Source of the DNA: Promethearchaeota archaeon
Lineage (GTDB): Archaea > Asgardarchaeota > Hermodarchaeia > Hermodarchaeales > Hermodarchaeaceae
NCBI GenBank assembly: GCA_048939245.1
Contig: JBHLPR010000007.1
Coordinates: forward strand, 74-64,073
Direction of reading: 5' to 3'
DNA length: 64,000 nucleotides
The notes below the pieces were generated by a model. That model worked only from the letters and a program-made list of their open reading frames with translations. It was not told the DNA's origin and ran no database searches. Shown here one piece after another: positions 46,743 to 56,818 of this stretch. How positions within the stretch are numbered: position 1 is the first letter of the stretch; each line of letters opens with the position of its first letter. The translations under genes were made by a program, and so were the position numbers.

Positions 46743-47738
46743 CTACTCGTCTTCACGGGTCTCTCGATTGGCTTCACCGGTATTACTAAATGTCTTAGCT
46801 GGAATCTGCTCAGGTTGGTCTGTCGCTCCTTTAGCGCCGAGATAATTGGTGATATCAACATCCACGACGCATAAGGCGGAGAGTTGTTGGGTCTCCCGTG
46901 CATCCATGTACGCTTTGAGCCGTTTTATTAAGCTCGGAAGGTACCGATCATATGCAAGAAGCATGATTAACGGCATATAGATGAATATGAAAGGATTCAA
47001 TAAGGTGATTAAGACGACGAACCAAGCCGGAACCCAGGGCCATGGTGGGGTAACCACAGTTGTTGCATAGATAATGCCGATATAAATGACGATGTAGCCG
47101 TAGTATAAGAGAACTGAGATTCCCGCATATCCTGCTAACAAATACGTGAGCACTCGTCCCGCGCTGAAAAGTTCCTGGGAACCACTGGGTGGCTGACCAT
47201 GAAAGAGTATTTTTGCGTCGTCTATGAGCCATGAGGATGGGAGTATGGTTCCAAGGGCGATAAAGACAATTGGAAAGATTACGGCTGCGGTGTTCCATGC
47301 ATTGACCGCTAAAGGAAGCGATGGATTCCATATCACGAAATATTGGCCGATATAGGTGGCTACGGTAAGGGAAACTCCAAAAGTGAGGAGTAATGCGAAC
47401 ACCGCTCTTCGAAAGACAGCATAAAGGGGATTAGGTTTCTTGGTGGGCACTCCATAATAATAGGTTTCACTACCCGGGTTGAGTAATCGGTTTAATGGTA
47501 ATACGAGCCATCGTGGTGTGACTGTAGCCATCCATAAATAAAATGGGATGGCGAGGATTGGGAGTAGATAGAAGAGGATTAACCAGTCTGTGACGCCGTT
47601 TCCTGGTATTATCGGAATGATATCGATTGATCCATATACGAAGAGGGGTAGAATATAATTGAGAATCGCCCAGATTACATCTAATGTGATAACCACAAAG
47701 ATCGTAGAAATGACGATGTAGTAGGTCTTTCGTTCCAT
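46743..47738 (-). CDS. Hypothetical polytopic membrane protein
   Basis: 331-aa ORF with about 8 hydrophobic helices and a charged C-terminal tail. No family recognised. Confidence 0.6.
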   Translation of the reverse strand: MERKTYYIVISTIFVVITLDVIWAILNYILPLFVYGSIDIIPIIPGNGVTDWLILFYLLPILAIPFYLWMATVTPRWLVLPLNRLLNPGSETYYYGVPTKKPNPLYAVFRRAVFALLLTFGVSLTVATYIGQYFVIWNPSLPLAVNAWNTAAVIFPIVFIALGTILPSSWLIDDAKILFHGQPPSGSQELFSAGRVLTYLLAGYAGISVLLYYGYIVIYIGIIYATTVVTPPWPWVPAWFVVLITLLNPFIFIYMPLIMLLAYDRYLPSLIKRLKAYMDARETQQLSALCVVDVDITNYLGAKGATDQPEQIPAKTFSNTGEANRETREDE

Positions 47739-47817
47739 ATTGGTACACCTCTAATATCCCATTCTCTAGCTAAGTAAGGGTACCTACTAAAAAGTTCTTG
47801 AGATTTAGACTAAGGCG

Positions 47818-49140
47818 CTAGGATTTTGTGGATTCTTCCTTGAACCGGATATCAAAGGTCTCTAATTCCTTTAAAATTGGCTCATAGATTTCTGGCAAAA
47901 TTGGAATTTGGACGCCCTTTTGCTGAATGTCACCTGATAGAATCATGTGTGAGGCGATAGCTGCCGGAAGCGCAACGGTTCGGCTCATGGATGAATCTCC
48001 ATTGGGAATACCATAATCGATAAGCGTAGAGCGAATATGTTCACGGGACTGATCTTTATGCTCGATGGTAAACTGGTGTTGCATAACAATCATGTCTCGT
48101 TCTCCCGGTTTATATTGCAGCTTTTCTTGAAAGAGTGAGACCAATACATCAATTGGCGCGCCATGGTCCAAGGGGATGTCTTGGTTGCTAAAAAGCCCTA
48201 ACCATTCATATCTCTCGATTATGGGGTCATCTTCAGGGAGGTTTAAGCGTTCAGCAACTGCCTTCTTTGGGTTGGATCCTGCTGGGAGTTTGAGATATTT
48301 TCGGAGGAATCGGCTATATGACATGTCATAGAGCGATTGCTCATCCAGTTCAAGGAGACCTAACTGGCTGATATTGAACATTGTTTTACACCAACCCGGG
48401 TATCGGAGGGTTCCCCGAAGCATGGTCTGGATTCCTTTCAAACCATAGATGTTAATGTACTGAAGCGAATCCCGATTTGGATAACCTTCAAAATCTCCAA
48501 GCTCTGGCACTGATTCCTTATGGCAGTTGTTAAACAACTCCTCTCCAGGAATTTGAACTTTCTTTCCATCCTTTCGGAATATGGCAGAATTCCGTCCTGC
48601 AAGTAGCACACCGCGTGGGCTCCAAGAGAGTTTATACCCAAAAGGATTGGTGTTTGCGTCTGGGGCAGGTAGTCCCCCTGTGAAGCTTGTAAATTCAAGG
48701 ATTTTGCCTTTTTCTTGTTGAGCTCGATGGATGATTTTCATGGCGGACATGTGATCTTGACCAGGATCGACACCACATTCGTTAAGGAGTATGATGCCTG
48801 CGTGTTTTGCGCGGTCATTTAGAGTTCGCATCTCTTCCGATACGTATGAGGTAGTCACCATGTCTACCTTGGTGCGTAAGCATTCTCGTGCTACTTGGGC
48901 ATGAAAGGTGTATGGAAGGAGAGAGGCTACAAGGTCAGCTGGTTTCACCAGGTCTTTGAGTTCCTTTGTCTGGCGGCTAATGTCAAATGCTTTCGCTTCG
49001 CCATTGGGGTGATCTCCAATAAGGTTCATCGCTTTGCTTACCGTTCGGCTGGCAACAGTTACTTGATAATTGTGATGTAGCATATACTCAACAAAGGGTC
49101 GAGCAACAAGACCGGCACCAAGAACTAAGACATGTTTCAT
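47818..49140 (-). CDS. Saccharopine dehydrogenase (L-glutamate-forming; SDH/LYS9-type, AASS C-terminal-half homolog)
   Basis: Rossmann start VLVLGAGLVARP. Blocks LLPYTFH, MVTTSYVS, CGVDPGQDHM, FTGGLPAP, GYPNRDS, LRGTLRYPGW and ERDMIVMQH match the SDH domain as I recall it. Confidence 0.9.
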   Translation of the reverse strand: MKHVLVLGAGLVARPFVEYMLHHNYQVTVASRTVSKAMNLIGDHPNGEAKAFDISRQTKELKDLVKPADLVASLLPYTFHAQVARECLRTKVDMVTTSYVSEEMRTLNDRAKHAGIILLNECGVDPGQDHMSAMKIIHRAQQEKGKILEFTSFTGGLPAPDANTNPFGYKLSWSPRGVLLAGRNSAIFRKDGKKVQIPGEELFNNCHKESVPELGDFEGYPNRDSLQYINIYGLKGIQTMLRGTLRYPGWCKTMFNISQLGLLELDEQSLYDMSYSRFLRKYLKLPAGSNPKKAVAERLNLPEDDPIIERYEWLGLFSNQDIPLDHGAPIDVLVSLFQEKLQYKPGERDMIVMQHQFTIEHKDQSREHIRSTLIDYGIPNGDSSMSRTVALPAAIASHMILSGDIQQKGVQIPILPEIYEPILKELETFDIRFKEESTKS

Positions 49141-49176
49141 TTCAGTATCCTCAAGACTTTGTTTCGGCGTGTTTTA

Positions 49177-50505
49177 TTACAAATACTTTTTGAGATATTC
49201 ATATTCGGGTGTAAGCTTCCCCTGATAGACTATTACGGCTTTTTTCACCTCAGGGAGAAGGTCTAGCTGGTCAAAGGGCACTGTGTAATCTGCATTGACA
49301 ATGGAAGGAATAAACTGTTGAAGGGTTTCACTGAAAGATGTTGATGCTTCCCGCGGTAATTCTGTTGGCAGATTATCAACGGCCATGACAACCACCCCAT
49401 CTCCTGAAATGCCTACTTTTGTTTTTTCGTCTAGCGGGTTATACACAAAGGTTGGGTGATTAGGTTTCGTGCAATTGACGGTAAACTCTATAGCCCCCTG
49501 GATGTCACAGCTAATATCACCCACTATGAGAAGACTCGGATGTCCATTTGAGTCCTCCCAAAGTTTCCTGAGTTCCGCCTTTGTTACCATTCGTGGGTAT
49601 TTATCGGTCCAGTAGATGCAGTTCATCAAAACGGTAAGATAGGGAAGGTATTGGGCAAAGGCTGATTCGTATTTGGTCTTGCCATAGTCATAATAGTGCT
49701 GCAGCTTAAATGGTTGCGAGGAATCCTTAGGACGTACTGTATCTTCTTCGCGGAACACAACCTTGTATAGGATATGATTGTCAGGGGTTAGTTTCGACAG
49801 CTCATCAGAGGTAATGGCTTTGTGCGGTAATAAATCGAAGATGGCTTGGGCTCCCTTTGAGGTGTTTCCATACCCGATAAATCCAACCACCAATGGTGCT
49901 AGTTCGGATGCAAAGCCCTCAGTTTCTATCTGGTGCCCGACCTGCTTAATCGCGCTTTGGAGTTCGTCCATTCCTCTATATTGGTAAGTAGGTTTGAGTG
50001 TTGCAAAGGGATTCGGTGTCACTCCTTTTTCGGTTAGGCGTTCCCCCAGTCCACGAAGTGTTTCAGCCATGCCTGCATAGCCTGCCCAATTCCCAAAAAA
50101 GACTAATCTCCGTTCGGATTCTGCCTCGACAATGCGCTCATAGTCAATGAGGGTCACACCAACATCGAGCATTTGCTTTAGCATTGCCATGTTGTATTCT
50201 TGCCCCTTAATCACATGGGCAAAGAACAGATACACCTTCCCTGGTTCGAATAATTCTTTGGGGATTTCTTTAATTCCGAAAATGACGCGGGCCTCGCTTT
50301 GCCTTAAATCGCCGACCGAAGCCCCCGCCTTCTTATAGGCTTCTTCAGAAAATGCACGCTGCTCGGAAGGTTCTACGATAAATTCAAATCCATATTCCTT
50401 TATCAGTTCCCGAACATCTTTGGGAACTATGGGGGTTCGGAGTTCGAAGGCTTTGTTTTCCCTTCGGATACCAACCGTATTCATCAGAACATTCCTCACT
50501 TCCAT
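49177..50505 (-). CDS. Lysine-ketoglutarate reductase / saccharopine dehydrogenase (L-lysine-forming; AASS N-terminal-half homolog)
   Basis: Blocks IGIRRENK-x-ELRTP, FFAHVIKGQEYNM, LIDYERI, FFGNWAGYAGM, GYGNTSKGAQAIF, GDISCDIQGAIEF and AVDNLPTELPREAS match the LKR domain of AASS. Alternative ATG at 50484. Confidence 0.9.
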   Translation of the reverse strand: MEVRNVLMNTVGIRRENKAFELRTPIVPKDVRELIKEYGFEFIVEPSEQRAFSEEAYKKAGASVGDLRQSEARVIFGIKEIPKELFEPGKVYLFFAHVIKGQEYNMAMLKQMLDVGVTLIDYERIVEAESERRLVFFGNWAGYAGMAETLRGLGERLTEKGVTPNPFATLKPTYQYRGMDELQSAIKQVGHQIETEGFASELAPLVVGFIGYGNTSKGAQAIFDLLPHKAITSDELSKLTPDNHILYKVVFREEDTVRPKDSSQPFKLQHYYDYGKTKYESAFAQYLPYLTVLMNCIYWTDKYPRMVTKAELRKLWEDSNGHPSLLIVGDISCDIQGAIEFTVNCTKPNHPTFVYNPLDEKTKVGISGDGVVVMAVDNLPTELPREASTSFSETLQQFIPSIVNADYTVPFDQLDLLPEVKKAVIVYQGKLTPEYEYLKKYL

Positions 50506-50642
50506 AATTGAAGGCTTCTCGGTTAAGCTCTCCGATAAAAAAGTCTAGTGGCTGCGCAAAGAAAACCAGGGTCTAACCATATCAGAACAAGCTACAACAT
50601 TAAAGTCAAAGGAAAACCCTTTGGAAATCTGAGTTGGAGATT

Positions 50643-51986
50643 ATGGTTGATGAGGTTTTACAAAAAATCGACGAAAATGCAAATCGTGCAATCGAAGCAG
50701 CCAAACACCTCTGCAGCATTCCTACAGTTGCGGCTAAAGGAGAAGGAATAGAGGAAACGGCTGAACTCGTTCAACAAATGCTTGAAGAGGCGGGAATCGC
50801 TTCTCAGTTACACAAAACCAGTGGCGCTCCGGTGGTAACCGGTTATCTTGATGTTGGGGCAAAGCGAACGCTCCTTTTTTATGATCATTATGATGTGCAA
50901 CCAGCAGAACCATTTGATCTTTGGGTCTCACCTCCCTTCGACCCCGAAATCCGTAATGGTCGAATCTATGCGCGGGGAATTGCTGATAATAAAGGCGATA
51001 CGGTATCGCGAATTTGGGCCATTCGTGCCTTCAAAGACGCTGGAGTAGAACTTCCAGTTAATATCAAGTTCGTAATCGAAGGCGAAGAAGAAATTAGCAG
51101 TCCAAATCTACCGGATTTCACCAAGAAGAACAGCGACTTCCTTAAAGCCGATGCTGGGATTTGGGAATTTGGTAGTGCAGGGTTTGACGGGACCCAAGAG
51201 GCATGGCTGGGGCTAAAGGGTATTTTGTATGTCCAATTGGAAGTTGAACGGCTCTCGCATGACGCCCATTCCAGTAATTCCGCCATCTTACCCTCTGCGC
51301 CTTTCCGATTGGTTTGGGCTCTTAATTCGTTAAAAGATGTAAAGGAACGCATTCTCATCGAAGGCTTTTATGATGCTGTAGTTCCCATGACGACAAAGGA
51401 ACGTGAATTTGTGGCCAAGATAGATCTCGAAGAGGAAGCGCGGCGGAAGTTCTATGGCATTGATGAGTTCGTCAATAATTATCAAGGTGATGCTTTACGT
51501 GAGGCGTATTATTATCAACCACACCTCAGTATCGACGGCCTTACGAGCGGCTATCAAGAAAAAGGTTCAATGACCGTTCTACCTGCCAAGGCCTCCGCCA
51601 AGATTGACTTCCGACTTGTTGAAAACCAACAGCCCGATGATCTCGTCAAAAAACTTCGGAACCACTTAGACAACCACAGGTTTACTGATGTGAAAATTGC
51701 CTGGTATGAAGGGTATTCTGCGGCTAAAACACCAGTTGACCATCCCTTCGTTAATATTGTAAATAAAGCAAATCAAGCCATCTTTGGGCACGCTATTCGT
51801 ATTCATCCCACCTGTCCGGGGTCCGGTCCGCTCTACCTTTTCAAAGATTATGTGCCTATGATTTCCATCGGCATCGGTGACCACGATTCTCGTGCTCATT
51901 CCCCTAATGAAAGTGTATTGGTAGAGAACTATATCAAATCAATGAAACGAATTGCTGTGATAATTGACGAAATGGCAAAATGGTAA
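50643..51986 (+). CDS. M20-family metallopeptidase (CNDP/DUG1-like dipeptidase type)
   Basis: YDHYDVQPAEP...W-x-SPPF...NGRIYARGIADNKG and IEGEEEISS blocks. Confidence 0.85.
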   Translation: MVDEVLQKIDENANRAIEAAKHLCSIPTVAAKGEGIEETAELVQQMLEEAGIASQLHKTSGAPVVTGYLDVGAKRTLLFYDHYDVQPAEPFDLWVSPPFDPEIRNGRIYARGIADNKGDTVSRIWAIRAFKDAGVELPVNIKFVIEGEEEISSPNLPDFTKKNSDFLKADAGIWEFGSAGFDGTQEAWLGLKGILYVQLEVERLSHDAHSSNSAILPSAPFRLVWALNSLKDVKERILIEGFYDAVVPMTTKEREFVAKIDLEEEARRKFYGIDEFVNNYQGDALREAYYYQPHLSIDGLTSGYQEKGSMTVLPAKASAKIDFRLVENQQPDDLVKKLRNHLDNHRFTDVKIAWYEGYSAAKTPVDHPFVNIVNKANQAIFGHAIRIHPTCPGSGPLYLFKDYVPMISIGIGDHDSRAHSPNESVLVENYIKSMKRIAVIIDEMAKW

Positions 51987-52121
51987 AGTGCTACCTTAGC
52001 GAATCCCAAGCCTGGCAACTCAGTTCAAACGTCGTCTGACCAAATCTGTTGGTGCTTTGGTATCTAAACTAAAATAGGAACTTCCTATACAATTTTAAGG
52101 TAAAGCTTCAAAGCACAGGTT

Positions 52122-52940
52122 ATGACCGAAAAAAGAGATTATTTGTTATTTCAGGTCCTGAACATCATCACCATCATTTCAGTGTTAATCGTCAACATCC
52201 TTGCCAACGCACTACCACTTTTTAACGTAAATACAGGACAAGTATCTGATGCCTATCCTAATTTCTTCACTCCTGCAGGCTATGTGTTTTCAATCTGGTT
52301 CATCATCTATCTTCAAGCGATAATCTTCTTGATTTACCAAGGGCGTCCAAGCCAACGTAGTGAAGGGTACCTTCAGAAAATTGGCATCTTCTATTTCCTC
52401 GCTGGCCTAGCTAACATCGGGTGGATTTTCGTATTCCACTACTCATATGCCTATATGGTCGCTAATCCTCCATTCTACCTACTCTCAGTAATTTTTCTAA
52501 TCCTTGTCTTCCTAATGTTGCTTCTCGTGTATCTACGGTTAGGCATAGGAATCGACGCGGTCTCCAGAAATGTAAAACTAGCTGTTCACCTCCATGTCAG
52601 TGTTTACCTCAGCTGGCTTTCAGTGGCTACAATTGCTGGATTGGCTTCAGCAATTAACGTCTTAATCCCAGGCATTCCTTCGGAAATCCAGCATATTGCT
52701 ACTGCTGCTATGCTATTCGTGGCAGTGCTCCTCACATTACTGATGATTTATCTTCGGCGCGACTTCACTTTTGGACTCGTTGTATTATGGTCTGCAATTG
52801 GAATTGGTGTAAAATGGCTGACAATCCCAGTGATTCTCTACTCTTCAATCACCGCTGCGATCATACTCGTCATTGGATTAATCCTCATTCCATATCTCAA
52901 GAAATCAAATCTCATCCATTATTACAAAGGAACTGAATAG
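52122..52940 (+). CDS. Polytopic membrane protein, possibly TspO/MBR-related
   Basis: The N-terminal pattern NxLANALPLFNVNTGQVSDAYPNFFTPAGYVFSIWFIIY resembles long TspO-annotated proteins. Weak assignment. Confidence 0.45.
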   Translation: MTEKRDYLLFQVLNIITIISVLIVNILANALPLFNVNTGQVSDAYPNFFTPAGYVFSIWFIIYLQAIIFLIYQGRPSQRSEGYLQKIGIFYFLAGLANIGWIFVFHYSYAYMVANPPFYLLSVIFLILVFLMLLLVYLRLGIGIDAVSRNVKLAVHLHVSVYLSWLSVATIAGLASAINVLIPGIPSEIQHIATAAMLFVAVLLTLLMIYLRRDFTFGLVVLWSAIGIGVKWLTIPVILYSSITAAIILVIGLILIPYLKKSNLIHYYKGTE

Positions 52941-53089
52941 ATTTCAACTCTCCGAAAATCGCCCAATAGCTTCTAAGGCAACTTTTACAGTGGATTGTGG
53001 AAATTCGTGAACTAGCTGCTATGGGTTCTTTGTAATTTGGAATACCTCCTAGGTGATAAGCCAACTTGGTTCCAAGGCATTCACTCTAT

Positions 53090-54007
53090 CTATTCGCGTC
53101 GCTTAACCACAATAACACCAATCACTATTACAGCAACAACAATAACAATCGCAGATATTACTATACCAGCAATCGGGTTCGTTGGTACAATCCCAGAGAC
53201 GTCAATAAGCCAACGCGCAATTACCCTCATTAATCCCCATTCCGAGTCCGGATCGTTCAATTCATCTTGGAATGTTGTTTCATCACGCGATTCCCCTTCT
53301 TCAATTTCAGGATGCGGACTTGAAAGGAAAACCACTCCCAAACCGTACCGAAACGTTACCATACAGGGAAGCCCATTGAGGGCATAACTGGCAATAGTAG
53401 TAACATGCGACATATCTGGGGCATCAAAATAACTACCTGTCCAACTTAGCGTTGCGTATGAGTCGGGAAGATCGTTTAGATCAGGCCCTGTTCCGTTCTT
53501 ATGGATAGTAATTGTTACAAGGTTCTTACCCGCCGGGAGATCAGGAAGCGTATATTGTAGTTCTACATCAAAAAGCCCAAAATATGACCATTCAAAGAAA
53601 GTACCTCCATAGATTCCAATGAATGCTCCGCCACGAACTATGAAATCGCGAATGATATCATATGCTACGATGCCCATTTCATCTCTCAACGTATAAGGTG
53701 ATATACCTGGCATGACCAGCATTGAGTGTCCCTCAAGAGAGCCATTCAACATATGATCGGGAGAGAGTAAGGAAATTTCCGCGTTCATCCAATCTAACAT
53801 TTGAATAAGTGCCGTTCGGCTAGCCAAATTCTCTGTAGAATGACCACCCGTATACACTGCAACACGTACGCCAGATAAATCCGAAGAATCTTGTGCTGCC
53901 ACTTCAATTTGTGGCACCTGCAAAAGAGAAAAACCTGGTAAAATGGAAATAAGTAAAAAAATAGTGAGTATCTGATACTGGTTCTGTCGTATCATTAAGC
54001 TCTGCAT
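53090..54007 (-). CDS. Secreted, C-terminally anchored class I glutamine-amidotransferase-like (BPL_N-like) domain protein
   Basis: Signal-like N-terminus. VRVAVYTGG...MLVMPG...GGAFIGIYGG...SSPHPE pattern. C-terminal TM helix AGIVISAIVIVVAVIVIGVIVV followed by KRRE. Confidence 0.5.
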   Translation of the reverse strand: MQSLMIRQNQYQILTIFLLISILPGFSLLQVPQIEVAAQDSSDLSGVRVAVYTGGHSTENLASRTALIQMLDWMNAEISLLSPDHMLNGSLEGHSMLVMPGISPYTLRDEMGIVAYDIIRDFIVRGGAFIGIYGGTFFEWSYFGLFDVELQYTLPDLPAGKNLVTITIHKNGTGPDLNDLPDSYATLSWTGSYFDAPDMSHVTTIASYALNGLPCMVTFRYGLGVVFLSSPHPEIEEGESRDETTFQDELNDPDSEWGLMRVIARWLIDVSGIVPTNPIAGIVISAIVIVVAVIVIGVIVVKRRE

Positions 54008-54353
54008 GAAATATTACCTCAGCATTTTATCCGTTGGTCTTTCAACAAATATGCTCGGAAATTATCTGGTTTAAAATCTGACCAAAACTTCCCCAATTCA
54101 TACATTTTTAAGAACAGCATGGTTCAGAAATCGAAGGGTACCAAAAAAGAGACACACAATTGCAGGGAACCGAGAACTTAAGTTCAGAATAACTGGTTCA
54201 TCACGGGGTGAATCGCCAATCCCACTCGAAAAGCAAAGCAACCACACAACCAATGAATTACCCACTGTTCCAACAACCGCGGTTTCACTTGACTCCCATT
54301 CACGGGCAACCTCAACCTATCTCTCAGTTGGACTCATTTCCATTGGAGCCATA

Positions 54354-54653
54354 TTGGCGACAATCAATATTGTTAACGCGATTTACCTCCAACTCTTCAT
54401 CCTTCTTCCCAATCTCCCTGAATGGATGAGGTTTCAAATCTGGAATTATTTAATTTTAGATACCTTTCAAGTCATCGGTATCGTACTAATGATTAGTAGT
54501 GCAGTCATTGTCTATTACGAAAAATACTGGCCCTATGGAGGCATCATTGGAATATGGGGTGCATTATCGACAATTCAATTCCTTAGTCTTCTATTAGGTG
54601 GATTAGGTGCCTTCATCAATCTATGCAGTCGCCCCGAACCGAAGAGAACATAA
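54354..54653 (+). CDS. Small membrane protein (start uncertain, possibly frameshifted N-terminus)
   Basis: Three hydrophobic helices. The frame is open from 54075, and a hydrophobic segment (YLSVGLISIGAI) continues upstream of the first usable start, TTG 54354. Confidence 0.4.
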   Translation: MATINIVNAIYLQLFILLPNLPEWMRFQIWNYLILDTFQVIGIVLMISSAVIVYYEKYWPYGGIIGIWGALSTIQFLSLLLGGLGAFINLCSRPEPKRT

Positions 54654-54699
54654 ACGATAGGTGCCACACAATCAGTATCTAAACCGAGGTGATACTGTC

Positions 54700-55026
54700 A
54701 TGCCCTCCATAATCGATGTTTGGGATCATGTGCAACAAATGCGACAACCATGGGCTCCGAAAGAAATCGCCCGTGTGAACGACCAAGTAATCCGGTTAGC
54801 GCTCTTCGATGGCGAATTTCCCATGCATAAACACTCAAACGCCGATGAGCTCTTTTACGTCCTAAAAGGACAAATTACAATTCGTATTAAAGAACAACCC
54901 GATATCGTTTTAACCGAAGGTAAGATGGCGGTTATTCCCCGAAACGTGGAGCATTCTCCTAAAAGTGTGAAACCCTCATACATTCTAATGTTTGAGCCAT
55001 TAACCCTCAACCCTCGGGGTGACTAG
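54700..55026 (+). CDS. Cupin-domain protein
   Basis: Cupin motifs MHKHSNADELFYVLKG and AVIPRNVEHSP. Confidence 0.75.
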   Translation: MPSIIDVWDHVQQMRQPWAPKEIARVNDQVIRLALFDGEFPMHKHSNADELFYVLKGQITIRIKEQPDIVLTEGKMAVIPRNVEHSPKSVKPSYILMFEPLTLNPRGD

Positions 55027-56062
55027 TACTAAAACTGGAAAACTAGTACAAACCAACATACTTTTTGCATCTTTGCAGCACCGTTCCTTGGCGATTCTGC
55101 AATTGCAAAATTACTCTTGGAAATACACTGGTCCCATTTTCGATGCGCATACTCACGTCTGGGAGAACACTAATCTCACACAGACGGTTGAAGAACAAAG
55201 GCATATAGGTGTCAAATCTCAATTGATAATCGTCCACCTACCCGAGATTCAAGCAATTATTGAAGAACAATTTCCAAACACGTTCATTTTTGCCAAATAT
55301 CTATCAACACAAAATATTATCAATTTACAAATCGAAGTCCTCTTAGAAGAAATCAATCAGATGCATGAACAAGGCTTCTCACTAGCAAAGATGTGGGCTG
55401 CTCCAGCTTGGCGAAATTACTACAAGGGATATGAAGGAACATTTCGGCTCACAGATACTCAATACAGACCCATTTTCGACAAGTTAGCATCAGAAGACTT
55501 TCCCCTCTTATTACACATGGCTGATCCAGACACATACTATGCCACAAACTACGCAAACTCCGAAAAATTTGGGACAAAAGAAGAACACCTAGAAGAACTC
55601 GAACAGTTACTCCAAAACTATCCAGACTTACAATTCCAACTAGCTCATTTTGCGGCCCAACCTGAAATTCATCGACTTCCCCACCTTGCCGAATGGTTCG
55701 AGACCTACGACAATGTTGTCGTCGATACGGCCTCTTCTCGCTGGATGGCCCGTGAGCTCAGTAAAGAACCTGATATTGCTCGTGACTTTCTCATCCATTT
55801 TTCAACACGCATCCTCTTCGGAACAGATGCCACGTTAAACGCTTCAGCCAATCCAGTAGACGGCTCTCAATTATCTCCTTACAAAGCTCGATTTATTGCA
55901 CAGCGCATTCTCTGGGAAACCAATGATCAACATACGCCTTTGCCATTTCCTGACAAGGACACCGAAACTATTGGAGGCACGTTCATCAATGGACTGAATC
56001 TCCCCCAACGCGTGCTGCGCAACCTTTACTGGGCGAACGGCCGCCGTCTATACAATTACTGA
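55019..56062 (+). CDS. Amidohydrolase-family (TIM-barrel metal-dependent hydrolase) protein
   Basis: N-terminal metal motif FDAHTHVW, later LLHMADP and FGTDA. GTG start overlaps the cupin gene. Confidence 0.7.
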   Translation: MTSTKTGKLVQTNILFASLQHRSLAILQLQNYSWKYTGPIFDAHTHVWENTNLTQTVEEQRHIGVKSQLIIVHLPEIQAIIEEQFPNTFIFAKYLSTQNIINLQIEVLLEEINQMHEQGFSLAKMWAAPAWRNYYKGYEGTFRLTDTQYRPIFDKLASEDFPLLLHMADPDTYYATNYANSEKFGTKEEHLEELEQLLQNYPDLQFQLAHFAAQPEIHRLPHLAEWFETYDNVVVDTASSRWMARELSKEPDIARDFLIHFSTRILFGTDATLNASANPVDGSQLSPYKARFIAQRILWETNDQHTPLPFPDKDTETIGGTFINGLNLPQRVLRNLYWANGRRLYNY

Positions 56063-56165
56063 TTCTCCTTGGGCGTAAAACCTTCCAATATCATAAAGAT
56101 TTAATTAGAGCGCTTTAAGCAACAAGCCTTCATCACTAATCTTTGGTACGGAGGCACCTCGCAAT

Positions 56166-56528
56166 ATGTCTGATGAATCAACTGTCACTACACTCGTGCT
56201 CATTGGAGCAATCTTCCAAATAATCATTGGAATTCTCTTCCTCCTCGGTGGAGCAGGCAGCAGCATAGGCACAGCAATTGGTTTCATTTTCTGGGGCATT
56301 AGCAGCCCGCTTGATTGGCTTTGGGTCATCGTCCCTGGTGTGCCTTTAATGGTCTTTGGAATCCTTGGTCTAGTGTTTGGTCTCAACTGGCTCCGATGGC
56401 GTCACACACCAATGGACTATAAGCAAAAACTTATCCTAACAGGTGTTCTCGCCCTGATCTTCACCGGCTTTATTCCCGGGCTTTTGGTGTTGATTGCTGG
56501 CGCAATTATTCCTGAAGAAACAGCATAG
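56166..56528 (+). CDS. Small multi-TM membrane protein, paralog of 41843-42325 without zinc ribbon
   Basis: Shares LNWLRWRHTP...GFIPGLLVLIAGAI with the paralog. Confidence 0.6.
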   Translation: MSDESTVTTLVLIGAIFQIIIGILFLLGGAGSSIGTAIGFIFWGISSPLDWLWVIVPGVPLMVFGILGLVFGLNWLRWRHTPMDYKQKLILTGVLALIFTGFIPGLLVLIAGAIIPEETA

Positions 56529-56593
56529 CCGTGTCAACGCGAGTCTTGTTGTTGACCTACTTCGCACTTTTTTTGAGAGATTATGCATCAAGC

Positions 56594-56818
56594 TCACGTT
56601 TCTTTCCGCAGAATAAAATAGCTGAGCGCTACTCCCGTTACGATGCATCCTACTACCTGGCAACTCATGATTAAGTGATCCAGAAAGGGAATTTGAAGAA
56701 TTACACTTGTAACAATGAGAAAAAAAGGAACGAATACAGCGATTCCAACTCCAATAAAAGCCATGATGCCCATTGTGAAATCCAATCGATCATTGAACCG
56801 AGAATCACGTGACATCAA
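56594..56818 (-). CDS. Possible small two-TM membrane protein
   Basis: 74-aa ORF with two hydrophobic helices. No family recognised. Confidence 0.35.
   Translation of the reverse strand: MMSRDSRFNDRLDFTMGIMAFIGVGIAVFVPFFLIVTSVILQIPFLDHLIMSCQVVGCIVTGVALSYFILRKET

Noticed and set aside
46688-46903. N-terminal extension of the HD-domain ORF
   Set aside because: It overlaps the 3' end of the upstream membrane-protein gene and is not HD-family-like. ATG 46687 gives a normal-length HD protein.
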